Assembly: GCA_903925275.1 (NCBI GenBank)
Contig: CAIYES010000233.1
Location: 1,547-65,546 of the forward strand
Direction: 5' to 3'
DNA: 64,000 nucleotides
DNA from: an uncultured Bacteroidales bacterium
GTDB lineage: Bacteria; Bacteroidota; Bacteroidia; Bacteroidales; FEN-979
Part shown: in pieces, positions 1 through 10,011 of the stretch
How positions within the stretch are numbered: position 1 is the stretch's first letter
How the letters are laid out: each line of letters starts with the position of its first letter
Notes under the pieces: generated by a model
Seen by the model: the letters and a program-made list of their open reading frames with translations, nothing else
Told to the model about the DNA's origin: nothing
Database searches by the model: none
Translations under genes and position numbers: made by a program

Positions 1-577
1 CTTTTACCTTGGGAAATTCGAGGTTACGCAGAAACAATGGAAGCTTGTGATGGGAAATAATCCCTCTGAAGACTTTATTTGCGATGATTGCCCGGTAATT
101 TATGTGAGCTATTATGACGTCGAAAAATTTATAGAAAAAGTGAATGGCCTCAGTAATAAAATCTACCGGCTGCCAACTGAAGCAGAATGGGAATATGCAT
201 CCCGTGGCGGAAAAAATTCAAAAGGATACCTCTATTCGGGCAGCAATAACCCCAGAGACGTTGCATGGTATGCCGCTAATTCAAATTCAGAACTTCATCC
301 CGTCGGACAGAAAAAGCCCAATGAACTTGGGATATATGATATGAGCGGGAATGTATGGGAATGGGCTAATGATCTTATCAGCTATACCTATTATGAGGAA
401 AGCCCGGCCGAAAACCCCAAAGGGCCTGAATCAGGTAACTGCAATTCCCTCCGCGGAGGTTGTTTCATCGATAGTCCGGTGCGATTATCGGTTACGTTGC
501 GTGGTCATGAATTTCCCGACAAGAAGTTTAGCATTCTTGGCTTCAGACTTGCAATGGACTACAAGAAAAAAAAGTAA
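1..577 (+). CDS. Formylglycine-generating-enzyme (FGE-sulfatase/SUMF1) domain protein, 5' end outside window
   Basis: Frame stays open back to nt 2 (FYLGKFEVTQKQWKLVMG...), so the track start at 47 is internal. Motifs RLPTEAEWEYASRGG, GNVWEWANDL and RGGCF match the FGE-sulfatase core. Confidence 0.8.
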   Translation, partial: FYLGKFEVTQKQWKLVMGNNPSEDFICDDCPVIYVSYYDVEKFIEKVNGLSNKIYRLPTEAEWEYASRGGKNSKGYLYSGSNNPRDVAWYAANSNSELHPVGQKKPNELGIYDMSGNVWEWANDLISYTYYEESPAENPKGPESGNCNSLRGGCFIDSPVRLSVTLRGHEFPDKKFSILGFRLAMDYKKKK

Positions 578-589
578 ATCCGCAGGCGA

Positions 590-1873
590 TTAATCCTTTT
601 TTTTAATAATCAGTTTATCGATTCGGTTTCCATCGAGGTCGACGATTTCAAATTCGAACTCTTTCCAGTTGAACTTCTCGCCCGGGATGGGAATGTGCCT
701 GAGGATGCTCATCGCAAGGCCTGCGAGGGTATCAAATTTAACTTTGTTTTTATCGAAGCCCTGGATGTTGAACTCATAGGCGAATTCGTAGAATGACATT
801 TGTCCGTCGGCTAACCAGCTTCCATCGTCGCGCTGGTTAATCTGCGGTTCATCGGGGTTGGGTTCGTTAAAATCGCCAACCAGCGCTTCAAGAATGTCAT
901 TCAGCGTAACCATGCCCACGGTGGAGCCGTATTCATCTACCACTAATCCGTAGTGGATTTTATTCATCTTGAATATCTCGAGTGTTTCATAGGCCGTGAG
1001 TGTTTCAAGCACAAATTGCGCCGGTTTGATCTGGTCTTTGATGTTGAAATTATCATCGCATACATTTTCCAGGAAGAGGTCCTTGATGAAGATCACCCCC
1101 ATCACATTATCAAGGTCATCTTCGCAAATGGGATACACGGAATGCAGTTCGTCGCGCATTTTTTGCCGGATCACTTCCGGGGTTTCGTGAATATCGAGCC
1201 ACACCAGGTCCGAATGGTGCGTCATGAGTGAGGAAACCTTGCGGTCACCTAAGTGGAAAACACGTTCCACAATATCCTGTTCTATTTCCTGAACCTCCCC
1301 GTCTTCGGCCCCCTCCTGCACCATGGCCTTGATCTCCTCCTCTGTCACTTTCGATTCGGCGGATGGTTTTATACGCATCAAACGGAGAATTCCATCACCG
1401 GCTTTCGAGAGAAAAAAGGTAAACGGGTAAGTGAGATATGTTATCGCCAGCAGCGGACGAATCATGGCTTTGGCAATGCCTTCTGAATTGATCAGGCCGA
1501 TTCGCTTGGGCACAAGTTCGCCGATCAGCATTGAAACAAAGGTAACAAGGATTACGACCAGGGTAAGTGCAAGCGAATGGCTTAATGCGGGATTGACACC
1601 AAGGGATAGCAACAGCCCTGCCATGCCATGCGCAATTTCATCGCTGGAATAAACCCCTGTCAAAATACCTACCAGTGTTATTCCTATTTGCATCGTGGAC
1701 AAAATGCGCGATGGAGAATTGGCGTTGTCCAGCGCCAGTTTCGCCAGTTTGTCGCCATTGCGCGCATCAAGTTCGAGCCTGGTTTTTCGCGCTGAAACCA
1801 AGGAAATTTCAGCCATGACAAAGGCACCGTTGATAAAAAAAAGTATCAATAAAATAATGATAGAGGATATCAT
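590..1873 (-). CDS. CNNM/hemolysin-family transporter (DUF21 membrane domain + CBS pair + CorC_HlyC)
   Basis: N-terminal TM helices with AEISLVSARKTRL, a central CBS-like region, and a C-terminal CorC-type domain (GSWLADGQMSFYEF...GEKFNWKEFEFEIVDLDGNRIDKL). Confidence 0.8.
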   Translation of the reverse strand: MISSIIILLILFFINGAFVMAEISLVSARKTRLELDARNGDKLAKLALDNANSPSRILSTMQIGITLVGILTGVYSSDEIAHGMAGLLLSLGVNPALSHSLALTLVVILVTFVSMLIGELVPKRIGLINSEGIAKAMIRPLLAITYLTYPFTFFLSKAGDGILRLMRIKPSAESKVTEEEIKAMVQEGAEDGEVQEIEQDIVERVFHLGDRKVSSLMTHHSDLVWLDIHETPEVIRQKMRDELHSVYPICEDDLDNVMGVIFIKDLFLENVCDDNFNIKDQIKPAQFVLETLTAYETLEIFKMNKIHYGLVVDEYGSTVGMVTLNDILEALVGDFNEPNPDEPQINQRDDGSWLADGQMSFYEFAYEFNIQGFDKNKVKFDTLAGLAMSILRHIPIPGEKFNWKEFEFEIVDLDGNRIDKLIIKKKD

Positions 1874-2027
1874 GAGATCAGAATATTAATGTTGCGGGCA
1901 AATATACGAATAAACTGAGGGATGCCGGCGACTCGTGATGCTAACGCACAATGCATCAGGGGTTACATGAAATTCATCCTGTATTTGCTTTTATTGTAAC
2001 TTTGTTTGTTTTGATAAAGACACTTTT

Positions 2028-5000
2028 GTGAAGAAATACATTTTACTCACCTTTTTGTTTGTAACCCTCATTGCGGGAACGGATTATGCACAGCCGTTGA
2101 GAATGTTGCCAGAAGTAACACCAGCCGGAAAGGGCAAGGTAAACACCAAAATCGACAACATCGGATACTGGAACAGGATGGTCGACATGGGTTATGTAAC
2201 GCCCAATCCATGGCACCCGCAACGAAATGCTACCTTCACCGGAAGCATGATTCACATTCCAGGCATGCACCCGCAGGATTCACCTGACATTCCTGTAACC
2301 GACAAAACTGATGTGACCCAAAGTGAAAATTCAGTTTTCATCGATCCGGCAAATGAAGAGGTAATACTAAATTCGAACAATTCGACTAGTTGGAGACTTG
2401 GGTCTGCACAGGATAGTTATGGCGCCGATGCTTTGTACAGCTACGATGGTGGCCAGGACTGGGGAGGATCAACCCTGGGAACCAACGGCGACAACAATGG
2501 CGACCCTTCCACAGCCATCGGACTGAATGGCTGGTGGTACGTGGGCAGGATCAACGTGGATTACGGACAGGCTGTTTCATACAGCAAAGACCAGGGTAAA
2601 ACCTGGACAAAGGTGAAGGTTGCAAATGGACCCAGTTCAGCGAATGGGTTGCTCGATAAAAATCATCTATGGATCGATAATGCCACGGACAGTCCTTTCA
2701 AGAACAACGTTTATGCCGCCTGGACCAACTTTATTCCCGGCTCTGCCGACACAAACCAGATCGAAATCGTGCGTTCAACCGATCATGGGCTCACATGGTC
2801 ATCGCCGTTAAACATCAGTGCGGCTGCGGTTGCACTGGAGCTGAATCATGGAGTTAACATCCATACCGGTCCGAACGGCGAGGTTTATCTTGCCTGGAGC
2901 ATTTATGATTCCTGGCCATCGGATGAAACCGCCATTGGCTTCACCAAATCCATAACCGGGGGGGATGTTTTCTTACCTGCTGTCAGAATCATTGATAATA
3001 TCAAGGGAATCCGTGCTTCGATGACTGGTAAAGCCATGCGCGTAAACTCCTTTCCCTCGATGGCCGTTGACAACAGCGCCGGTCCAAACCGGGGAAACAT
3101 TTACGTTGTATGGTCAAATGTGGGATTCCCGGGCATAAATACCGGATCAGACATTGATGTATACCTCATCCGGTCGGCAGACGGCGGTAGCACCTGGTCG
3201 GTTCCCATCCGTGTAAACCAGGATCCGTCAGGGTTGGGAAAACAACACTTTTTCCCTTGGATCACCTGCGATCCTGTGACCGGAGGATTGTGCGTGATTT
3301 ATTATGACGATCGTAATCTCCCTTCAACAGATGCATCGGTTTTTGTTTCCTGGTCGTACGACGGCGGACTATCATGGGCCGATATGCAAGTGAGTGATTA
3401 TACCTTCACCCCGGAGCCAATCCCCGGTTTGGCCTACTATTATTTCGGCGATTACATCGGTATCCAGTCGCGTAACATGAAAGTTTTTCCGGTATGGACA
3501 GATAACCATGATGGAGGCCGTGCCATGACCTTCACCTCTCCGTTCGAACTGGGGCCCAATCCCAACCAGCCCTGGGTGACCTACTATTCCGGCACCCTGT
3601 CACCGGTTCCGGGTGGAGGCACCGTGACCATGAACGATGGTGATTCGCTATACCTTTCGTTGGGGTTAAAAAATGTGGGCGATCAGCAGGCTGTTAATGT
3701 GAACGCTTATATATCTGCTGATAGCCCGTATATCATGATCACCGATAGTACGGCTGCCTATGGGGCAATCGATTCTGCGCAGGTAAAAATCATCCCGAAC
3801 GGTTTTACATTTAAAGTTTCCGATACCATTCCCGATAACCAGTTGGTTCAGTTCAATGTGCGGGTGACTGATGCCGATTCAACCTGGTACAGCCGGTTTT
3901 CCATGGAATCACATGCCCCGGCGATGAAAATCAATGGGATCAGCATTGTCGATACCCTGGCAGGGAACCACAATGGGCGATTGGATCCGGGTGAAACAGT
4001 ACAATTGGTCGTTTCGAATACCAATACCGGTGATTTTTCCTGCAGATCAGTATATGCATTGCTGTCATCAAACTCTCCCTACGTGACATTTTTATCCGAT
4101 AGCGTTTACGTTGACAGTCTCGCGCCGGGCGAGGTCAAAAATGCAGTGTTTACGGCCATCGTCAGTGCAGATGCACCTACAGGCAGCGCCGCTGATCTGC
4201 AATATTCCATTCATTCGGGGTTGTACCGGTCGGAACGATCATTCAGGCAGATGATCGGTATCCTGATTGAGAACTGGGAATCAAATACATTCACCAGGTT
4301 TCCATGGCAATCAGGGGGATTAGTGCCCTGGATAATCACGGCCCAGAACCCATGGGAAGGAATTTATAGTGCCCGGTCGGGCTATATTCCTGATTATAAA
4401 AATTCACAACTTATCCTATCCTATGCATCGGCGACCGACGACAGCATTTCATTTTACCTGCGCACCTCTTCCGAGGAAGGATGCGATTGGCTTTTGTTTT
4501 ACATCGACGGAGTACTGCAAGGGCAATGGTCGGGGATAACTCCCTGGACCCGCGTTGCTTTCCCGGTTGGAAGCGGGCAACATCTGTTCAAGTGGATTTA
4601 CCAGAAAGATCTCTCGGTATTTTCCGGCGAGGACCGGGCGATGGTCGATTTTATTGTCTTTCCCCCACCCGTTTTGCCTGCAGTGGATCCCGGACCCGAT
4701 GATACCATTTGTGCAGGGATGATTGCAACATTGCAGGCGACTGTTCAACAATGTGATTCACTGAAATGGTCAACCACCGGTGACGGGGTATTCGGCAATG
4801 ATACATTGCCAGCCACTACCTATACACTCGGAACAAATGATGTGTTCGCCGGAAATGTAACATGCAGGCTTACCGGCTATGGCACGTACGGCAGTACAAG
4901 TAAAAACAAACTTTTACGAATAAACCCGCATCCTGTTGCCAAAATATCTGTATTCCCGCATGATACGGTGTGTGCTGAACAAGCTATTAATTTATCGGCC

Positions 5001-5450
5001 GATACAGCAGGAATTTCAACCTGGCTCTGGACTCCGGGAAACCTGAATACGCCGGAAGTGATATATGATACCGCCAATACAGGCGGAATAGGGACACACA
5101 TGATCAGGCTTTTTGTAACAGACCGGTTTCAATGCCAGAACAGGGATTCTGTATATCTGAGATTTAAAAATTGTACCGGGATTGAAGAAAATACAACCTC
5201 CTCAACACGGATCTATCCAAATCCCGGAAGTGGCTTGTTCATGATAGAAGTTAATGACAAAGAACCCGGATCAATTCATGTGACAATTAAAAATGCAATC
5301 AGCGAGATAGTTTACGATGAAAATGATCCGTTCATCACGGAACAAGGACCTAAAAAAATAAACTTGAAATTTCTTCCGGATGGCGTATATTTGCTATCAC
5401 TAACAACTGCTCACGGAACTACTTTCCACAAACTGATTATCCGGAAATAA
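2028..5450 (+). CDS. Large secreted BNR/Asp-box beta-propeller protein with T9SS C-terminal sorting domain
   Basis: GTG start plus signal peptide. Five Asp-box motifs (SYDGGQDW, SKDQGKTW, STDHGLTW, SADGGSTW, SYDGGLSW). C-terminal RIYPNPGSGLFMIEV...LIIRK is typical of T9SS cargo. Confidence 0.7.
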   Translation: MKKYILLTFLFVTLIAGTDYAQPLRMLPEVTPAGKGKVNTKIDNIGYWNRMVDMGYVTPNPWHPQRNATFTGSMIHIPGMHPQDSPDIPVTDKTDVTQSENSVFIDPANEEVILNSNNSTSWRLGSAQDSYGADALYSYDGGQDWGGSTLGTNGDNNGDPSTAIGLNGWWYVGRINVDYGQAVSYSKDQGKTWTKVKVANGPSSANGLLDKNHLWIDNATDSPFKNNVYAAWTNFIPGSADTNQIEIVRSTDHGLTWSSPLNISAAAVALELNHGVNIHTGPNGEVYLAWSIYDSWPSDETAIGFTKSITGGDVFLPAVRIIDNIKGIRASMTGKAMRVNSFPSMAVDNSAGPNRGNIYVVWSNVGFPGINTGSDIDVYLIRSADGGSTWSVPIRVNQDPSGLGKQHFFPWITCDPVTGGLCVIYYDDRNLPSTDASVFVSWSYDGGLSWADMQVSDYTFTPEPIPGLAYYYFGDYIGIQSRNMKVFPVWTDNHDGGRAMTFTSPFELGPNPNQPWVTYYSGTLSPVPGGGTVTMNDGDSLYLSLGLKNVGDQQAVNVNAYISADSPYIMITDSTAAYGAIDSAQVKIIPNGFTFKVSDTIPDNQLVQFNVRVTDADSTWYSRFSMESHAPAMKINGISIVDTLAGNHNGRLDPGETVQLVVSNTNTGDFSCRSVYALLSSNSPYVTFLSDSVYVDSLAPGEVKNAVFTAIVSADAPTGSAADLQYSIHSGLYRSERSFRQMIGILIENWESNTFTRFPWQSGGLVPWIITAQNPWEGIYSARSGYIPDYKNSQLILSYASATDDSISFYLRTSSEEGCDWLLFYIDGVLQGQWSGITPWTRVAFPVGSGQHLFKWIYQKDLSVFSGEDRAMVDFIVFPPPVLPAVDPGPDDTICAGMIATLQATVQQCDSLKWSTTGDGVFGNDTLPATTYTLGTNDVFAGNVTCRLTGYGTYGSTSKNKLLRINPHPVAKISVFPHDTVCAEQAINLSADTAGISTWLWTPGNLNTPEVIYDTANTGGIGTHMIRLFVTDRFQCQNRDSVYLRFKNCTGIEENTTSSTRIYPNPGSGLFMIEVNDKEPGSIHVTIKNAISEIVYDENDPFITEQGPKKINLKFLPDGVYLLSLTTAHGTTFHKLIIRK

Positions 5451-5454
5451 ACGC

Positions 5455-5979
5455 TTGAAAAAGCTTGCCGTTATCGCCGTCCTGATCCTGTTCCTGGTAA
5501 ATACCATGGGCTATTTTATTATATTCAGGTACAACCAGTACCTGATTCAGCAGGAGATGGTCTCCCGGATCAGATGTGGTGCCAATCACGAAAAAACAGT
5601 CATCCTTAAAATTTTACATCCGGAACGGCAAACTCAATTTCGTCGTATTAAAAAAACCGAGTTTATTTACTTTGGTAAACTGTATGACGTGGTTACTGAA
5701 AGAAAAAACGGGGACACCTCATTTTTCTATTGTATCCAGGATAAAAAAGAAGAGGATCTGTTAGCCGATTATTCCTTATACCTCAGGCGCAACGGTGATT
5801 CCTCGCACAAAGACAATTCGATATTGGCCCTCGTATACAACCTGATTTCCCAGGCGCTTATTCAATATCCTTCCATGACCGTTCAGGAACAAGGGATTGC
5901 ACTTCATTTCCCTGTTTTCACACAAATAATTGTTCCGGTTTACCTGGTCCACTTTACCCCTCCTCCGGAATCTGTTTGA
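5455..5979 (+). CDS. Hypothetical membrane-anchored protein
   Basis: TTG start 5 nt after the upstream stop, one N-terminal hydrophobic helix, no recognisable motif. Confidence 0.4.
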   Translation: MKKLAVIAVLILFLVNTMGYFIIFRYNQYLIQQEMVSRIRCGANHEKTVILKILHPERQTQFRRIKKTEFIYFGKLYDVVTERKNGDTSFFYCIQDKKEEDLLADYSLYLRRNGDSSHKDNSILALVYNLISQALIQYPSMTVQEQGIALHFPVFTQIIVPVYLVHFTPPPESV

Positions 5980-6129
5980 TTTCTTTCCATAATCTTTTCA
6001 CCTGCCGGGATCATTATCCGGGTATGGGTTATACCCACGCCTTACCCCTTCCTATTTGAAGGATTGGCAGGGAGTGGGTACATTAAAGACTGACATTCAC
6101 AAATTATTCAACAATAAATTTATAAACCC

Positions 6130-8271
6130 ATGAAATCACTTTATATAATTTCTTTTCTTTTATTATTCAGCATTTTCTCTGCCATGGCTCAGGATAAGCA
6201 GGGATCATCCCCGGCAGTGCGTGATACCACGGCCATAAAATATCTCAATGAAGTTGTTGTTTCCGCTTTAAGGATCAATATTCCCCTGAGGGAAATTCCG
6301 GCAGCCATATCGGTGGTTACCCCAAGGCAATTAAATACGATGACAAAAACCATCGCAGCCGATGATGCTTTAAGGCTTGTTCCTGGTGTCAGGATTGACA
6401 ATGGAACCGGCGGATCCCGGGTTCATGTGTACATCCGCGGCCAGGGTGTTTTAACCGAAAGCGGATTCAGGGGAGTCGGGGTGTATATCGATGGTATTTC
6501 CATCAACAACCCTGGTGGCTTTGCCCCCGATTTATATGATGTTGACTGGGAAACCGTAAAAAATGTGGAAGTTGTTAAAGGACTTGCTGCTTCTTTGTAT
6601 GGCGCAAGTGCAACCGGCGGAATCATAAACATCACAACCAAAGATGGTGGTGATAAACCTGTTAACAGTTCATTGTATACCGCTGCCGGTTCACACGGCT
6701 TCTGGAAAATTCTGGGGCAGGTTGACGGTACACAAAAAAATGTGAACTACCGGGTTTCATATTCCCATATGCAAAGCCATGGTTATCGCATACACCAGTC
6801 CTATATGTCAGACAATTTAAGCGAAAAGCTCACCTGGACACCATCCGCTAAATTAACCGTTACCCAATTGCTTACCTATACGAGCTATTTTAATCAGAAC
6901 TCCGAAGGAATTAATTTAGGCCGTTACGATACCGTTGGCCATACGGCAGCCAATACCGATGCAATCCGTTACAATGAGTTTCATAAAACCCAACGGCTCA
7001 CCGGTGCTACCAGCGTAAAATACGATTTTGCCAAAAACCAGGACATCACGGTCAAAGGGTTTATGCGGTTCAATAACTACAGGGAAACCTCCAACAATGG
7101 CGATGATTACAAACCATACGTCAACCCCGGCATTTCAGCACAGTATAATCTTCACTTTGGCAAGGAAAACCTATATAATCACCTCAGCCTGGGGGTGGAT
7201 TATCAATCGATGACGATGAATGAACACATGTTTGCCGTACCTGTCTGGAAGGATTTTAATAACAACCGGATCGACAGCTACTGGAGTGAAGAATCTTTTG
7301 ACACCCAGACAGTGCTGATAAACCAGGTCATTCGCCAGCGGAGTACGGGGGTGTTTTTGATCGACAAACTTGATATTGCCAAAAAGCTCTTTGCCATCCT
7401 CAATGTCCGTTATGACTACGTGTATAACAAGCTGGATTCCTCGACAGTGAGTGACAGTAAAGTTTTTCAAAAGCCCACTTTCCGGATCGGTTTAGCCTAT
7501 GATATGGCCAAGGCTGCCAATATCTATGCAAGTTATGGTTCCGGGTTTTTAGTCCCGACAGAAGATGAACTGTACAACAACCCGGTAAAATACGGCGGGT
7601 TTAATTCGCTTATTAAACCAACCAACTCGATGGGTGGTGAAATTGGTGTTCGCGGCGAGATCGGCAAGATGTTTTATTATGATGTTACCGGTTTTCTCAT
7701 CAATTCCAAAGATGAATTCTACCGTTACAGTGTTCCGGGAAGAGGCAACAATACGGCATTCTTTGGCAATATGGGACAGAGCAAAAGATGGGGTGTAGAG
7801 ACATTTTTGTCTTTTTCGCCGGTTGATTTCCTTAAATTCGATGTTGCCTATTCCTATTCAAATTTCCGGTATACCTCACCTGACAGCACCGCCGGGCACT
7901 GGATTCCTCAAAGCCCTGAACATATGCTCACGGCTGAAGCCTCTGTAAAGTTCCTGAAACATTTTACCCTGACGTTGAATGCCCAGTACCAGTCGAAATG
8001 GTGCATCCAGGTCGACGACTCTATTTATTTCCAATACCATGAAAACGGGCAAATCCGCAGTTCCTGGGTGAATGGATTCAAGCTATTCAATGCCAACCTC
8101 AATTATGCATGGAAACTGGGTTCACTGAAAGGCGACATCGGTGTATTTGCCAAGAATTTCCTTGACGAGCAATATTTCGGGTTCACAGAGCCCAACAACG
8201 GACCGGATTATAACAGCTATCAGGCTGCTCCAGGCAGGGAGTTCTTTGTAAGCCTGCGGCTCAGGTTGTAG
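6130..8271 (+). CDS. TonB-dependent receptor
   Basis: Signal peptide. Plug-domain motifs (NEVVVSA, DALRLVPGV, IRGQG, VEVVKGLAASLYGASATGGIINITTK). Long beta-barrel region. Confidence 0.85.
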   Translation: MKSLYIISFLLLFSIFSAMAQDKQGSSPAVRDTTAIKYLNEVVVSALRINIPLREIPAAISVVTPRQLNTMTKTIAADDALRLVPGVRIDNGTGGSRVHVYIRGQGVLTESGFRGVGVYIDGISINNPGGFAPDLYDVDWETVKNVEVVKGLAASLYGASATGGIINITTKDGGDKPVNSSLYTAAGSHGFWKILGQVDGTQKNVNYRVSYSHMQSHGYRIHQSYMSDNLSEKLTWTPSAKLTVTQLLTYTSYFNQNSEGINLGRYDTVGHTAANTDAIRYNEFHKTQRLTGATSVKYDFAKNQDITVKGFMRFNNYRETSNNGDDYKPYVNPGISAQYNLHFGKENLYNHLSLGVDYQSMTMNEHMFAVPVWKDFNNNRIDSYWSEESFDTQTVLINQVIRQRSTGVFLIDKLDIAKKLFAILNVRYDYVYNKLDSSTVSDSKVFQKPTFRIGLAYDMAKAANIYASYGSGFLVPTEDELYNNPVKYGGFNSLIKPTNSMGGEIGVRGEIGKMFYYDVTGFLINSKDEFYRYSVPGRGNNTAFFGNMGQSKRWGVETFLSFSPVDFLKFDVAYSYSNFRYTSPDSTAGHWIPQSPEHMLTAEASVKFLKHFTLTLNAQYQSKWCIQVDDSIYFQYHENGQIRSSWVNGFKLFNANLNYAWKLGSLKGDIGVFAKNFLDEQYFGFTEPNNGPDYNSYQAAPGREFFVSLRLRL

Positions 8272-8302
8272 AATGCTGTCAGCATGTGGATTAACCCAAA
8301 TG

Positions 8303-8350
8303 CCCCCACCCCTTCCCATCTCCTTGAAGGGGAGGGGCCAGGGGAGAGGT
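8303..8350. repeat. Degenerate member of a GC-rich palindromic (REP-like) element family
   Basis: CCCCACCCCTTCCCATCTCCTTGAAGGGGAGGGGCCAGGGGAGAGG forms an imperfect hairpin between convergent gene ends. It is related to the elements at 51575 and 58267. Confidence 0.5.
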
Positions 8351-8456
8351 CATAAATAATTAAACGCTCTGACAGGTTTATTTACGGTAAAAACATGATT
8401 TGTTACGTCTGAATGACTTTGCATGCTACCGGCTTCAGCCCTGGGAATGAGGTATT

Positions 8457-9008
8457 TCAATCCTTTCCGTGCGCCTTTTCAAACTTAGCTTTGGCCTTAT
8501 AGATAAACAGCGCTCTGAGTTTATCCCAGAAATCTCCTCCAAGCACAAACAGGCTTGCAATGAAAACGAGATCCGAGAAAACGACGATGATGTAACGTGC
8601 CTGTATTGAGATCGGAAGCAGGTGGGGCATTAATGAGATCATATAGTTGGGAAGGAAAGGGAGCATAAATAAAACCAGTCCGATATTGTACCGCAAAGGC
8701 GTAATATGGTGTGGTTTGGCCACCTTGAAAAAAATATAGCGCATCTTGTAGTTTATCCAGGCATACGAAGGTTTGCCCAGAATGGCCACACTTACGATTT
8801 TCATCAGGGGTGCACTGATCCAGAAAATCCCCAGCACAAAGTCTTTCATGAACTGACTCTTCACAAATTCTTTCAGTACCAAACCGGTCGGCAACATGAA
8901 AAAGGAGATGATGAAAATCACAAGTCCAACATAAAACCGGATGCCGGGGTTTTCAGGCCTCTTTATGTCCGATGCCGGTGGACGATGGAAAAACAGTGGT
9001 ACGCTCAT
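8457..9008 (-). CDS. Hypothetical multi-pass membrane protein
   Basis: Several hydrophobic segments, no recognisable motif. Confidence 0.45.
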   Translation of the reverse strand: MSVPLFFHRPPASDIKRPENPGIRFYVGLVIFIISFFMLPTGLVLKEFVKSQFMKDFVLGIFWISAPLMKIVSVAILGKPSYAWINYKMRYIFFKVAKPHHITPLRYNIGLVLFMLPFLPNYMISLMPHLLPISIQARYIIVVFSDLVFIASLFVLGGDFWDKLRALFIYKAKAKFEKAHGKD

Positions 9009-9083
9009 ATTTTTACAAAATTAACATGTTACACATCCACCCCAAACTCATCCCATTTGAAGGGAAGCGCCTGGTTGGATAAA

Positions 9084-9998
9084 TCAGATGAAGAACATGG
9101 CCACACCCAACACCGCAATCAAAGCCCCGGCTATTTCTTTAAAAGTTACTTTTTCCTTGTACAGGATCATTGATGGCGGAATGATCAGTACCGGCACGAT
9201 GGCCATGATGGTGGAAGCAATGCCGGTATCAGCATATTTGATGGCGATCAGTGAAAAGGAAACTCCCAAGAACGGGCCGAAAAAAGCTCCGACTGAAAGC
9301 TGCAGCATGGGTTTTCGTTTGTCAAGCGCCCTCCAGGCATGTTTCCAGAATCCCATCAAGCTGAACAACACCGAAAAACCGACAATGCCGGCAATGACAC
9401 GGATCTGCGTTGAAGCAAAGGTGTCGTATCCCTTCATGCCTAATTTACTAAGCACCAGTCCTGCAGCCTGGCCAACCGCTCCGCCCAGTCCCAGTAAGAT
9501 TCCCCAAACCGGGTAATTGAACTTTACCTTTCTGAACCCGCCGTTGCTTTCGGCCTTGGTATGTCTTTTTAGCACCACCAGGGCAATGCCCGAGATGGTC
9601 AGGACCATCCCGATCCAGCTTTTCCACGAAAGAGTCTCTCCCAGGATCATCCAGCCGATGAGGGCCGTAATCGGCGGAGCCAATGCCATCAGCAACATAG
9701 AGATACGGGCTCCAATGACCACAAAAGCCTGAAAAAGGCAGAGGTCACCAAACACAAACCCTATCAATCCTGAAAGCGTAAGGTAAAACCAGGCACGGGG
9801 TGTTGCATCCAATGGCAACAAATATCCCCGGTAGAAATAAACAAACAGCGTCAGAAAACAAAAACCAACAACCAGTCTCAACAGGTTTACAACCATCGAG
9901 CCAATCTTCCGGCTGGCCGCTTCAAAAGTGAGCGCTGTTATGGTCCAGAAAACTGCTGTAAGCAGTGCGGCAAATTCACCGGTATGATTCATCAACAA
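9084..9998 (-). CDS. DMT-superfamily (EamA-like) transporter
   Basis: About 10 TM segments arranged as two EamA-like halves, 304 aa. Confidence 0.75.
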   Translation of the reverse strand: MLMNHTGEFAALLTAVFWTITALTFEAASRKIGSMVVNLLRLVVGFCFLTLFVYFYRGYLLPLDATPRAWFYLTLSGLIGFVFGDLCLFQAFVVIGARISMLLMALAPPITALIGWMILGETLSWKSWIGMVLTISGIALVVLKRHTKAESNGGFRKVKFNYPVWGILLGLGGAVGQAAGLVLSKLGMKGYDTFASTQIRVIAGIVGFSVLFSLMGFWKHAWRALDKRKPMLQLSVGAFFGPFLGVSFSLIAIKYADTGIASTIMAIVPVLIIPPSMILYKEKVTFKEIAGALIAVLGVAMFFI

Positions 9999-10011
9999 TT
10001 GTTCCTCCTTT

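Noticed and set aside
5980-6129. Riboswitch (for example cobalamin or thiamine) upstream of the TonB-dependent receptor
   Set aside because: No B12-box or other riboswitch core sequence that I can recognise. The only structure is a weak member of the GC-rich palindrome family.
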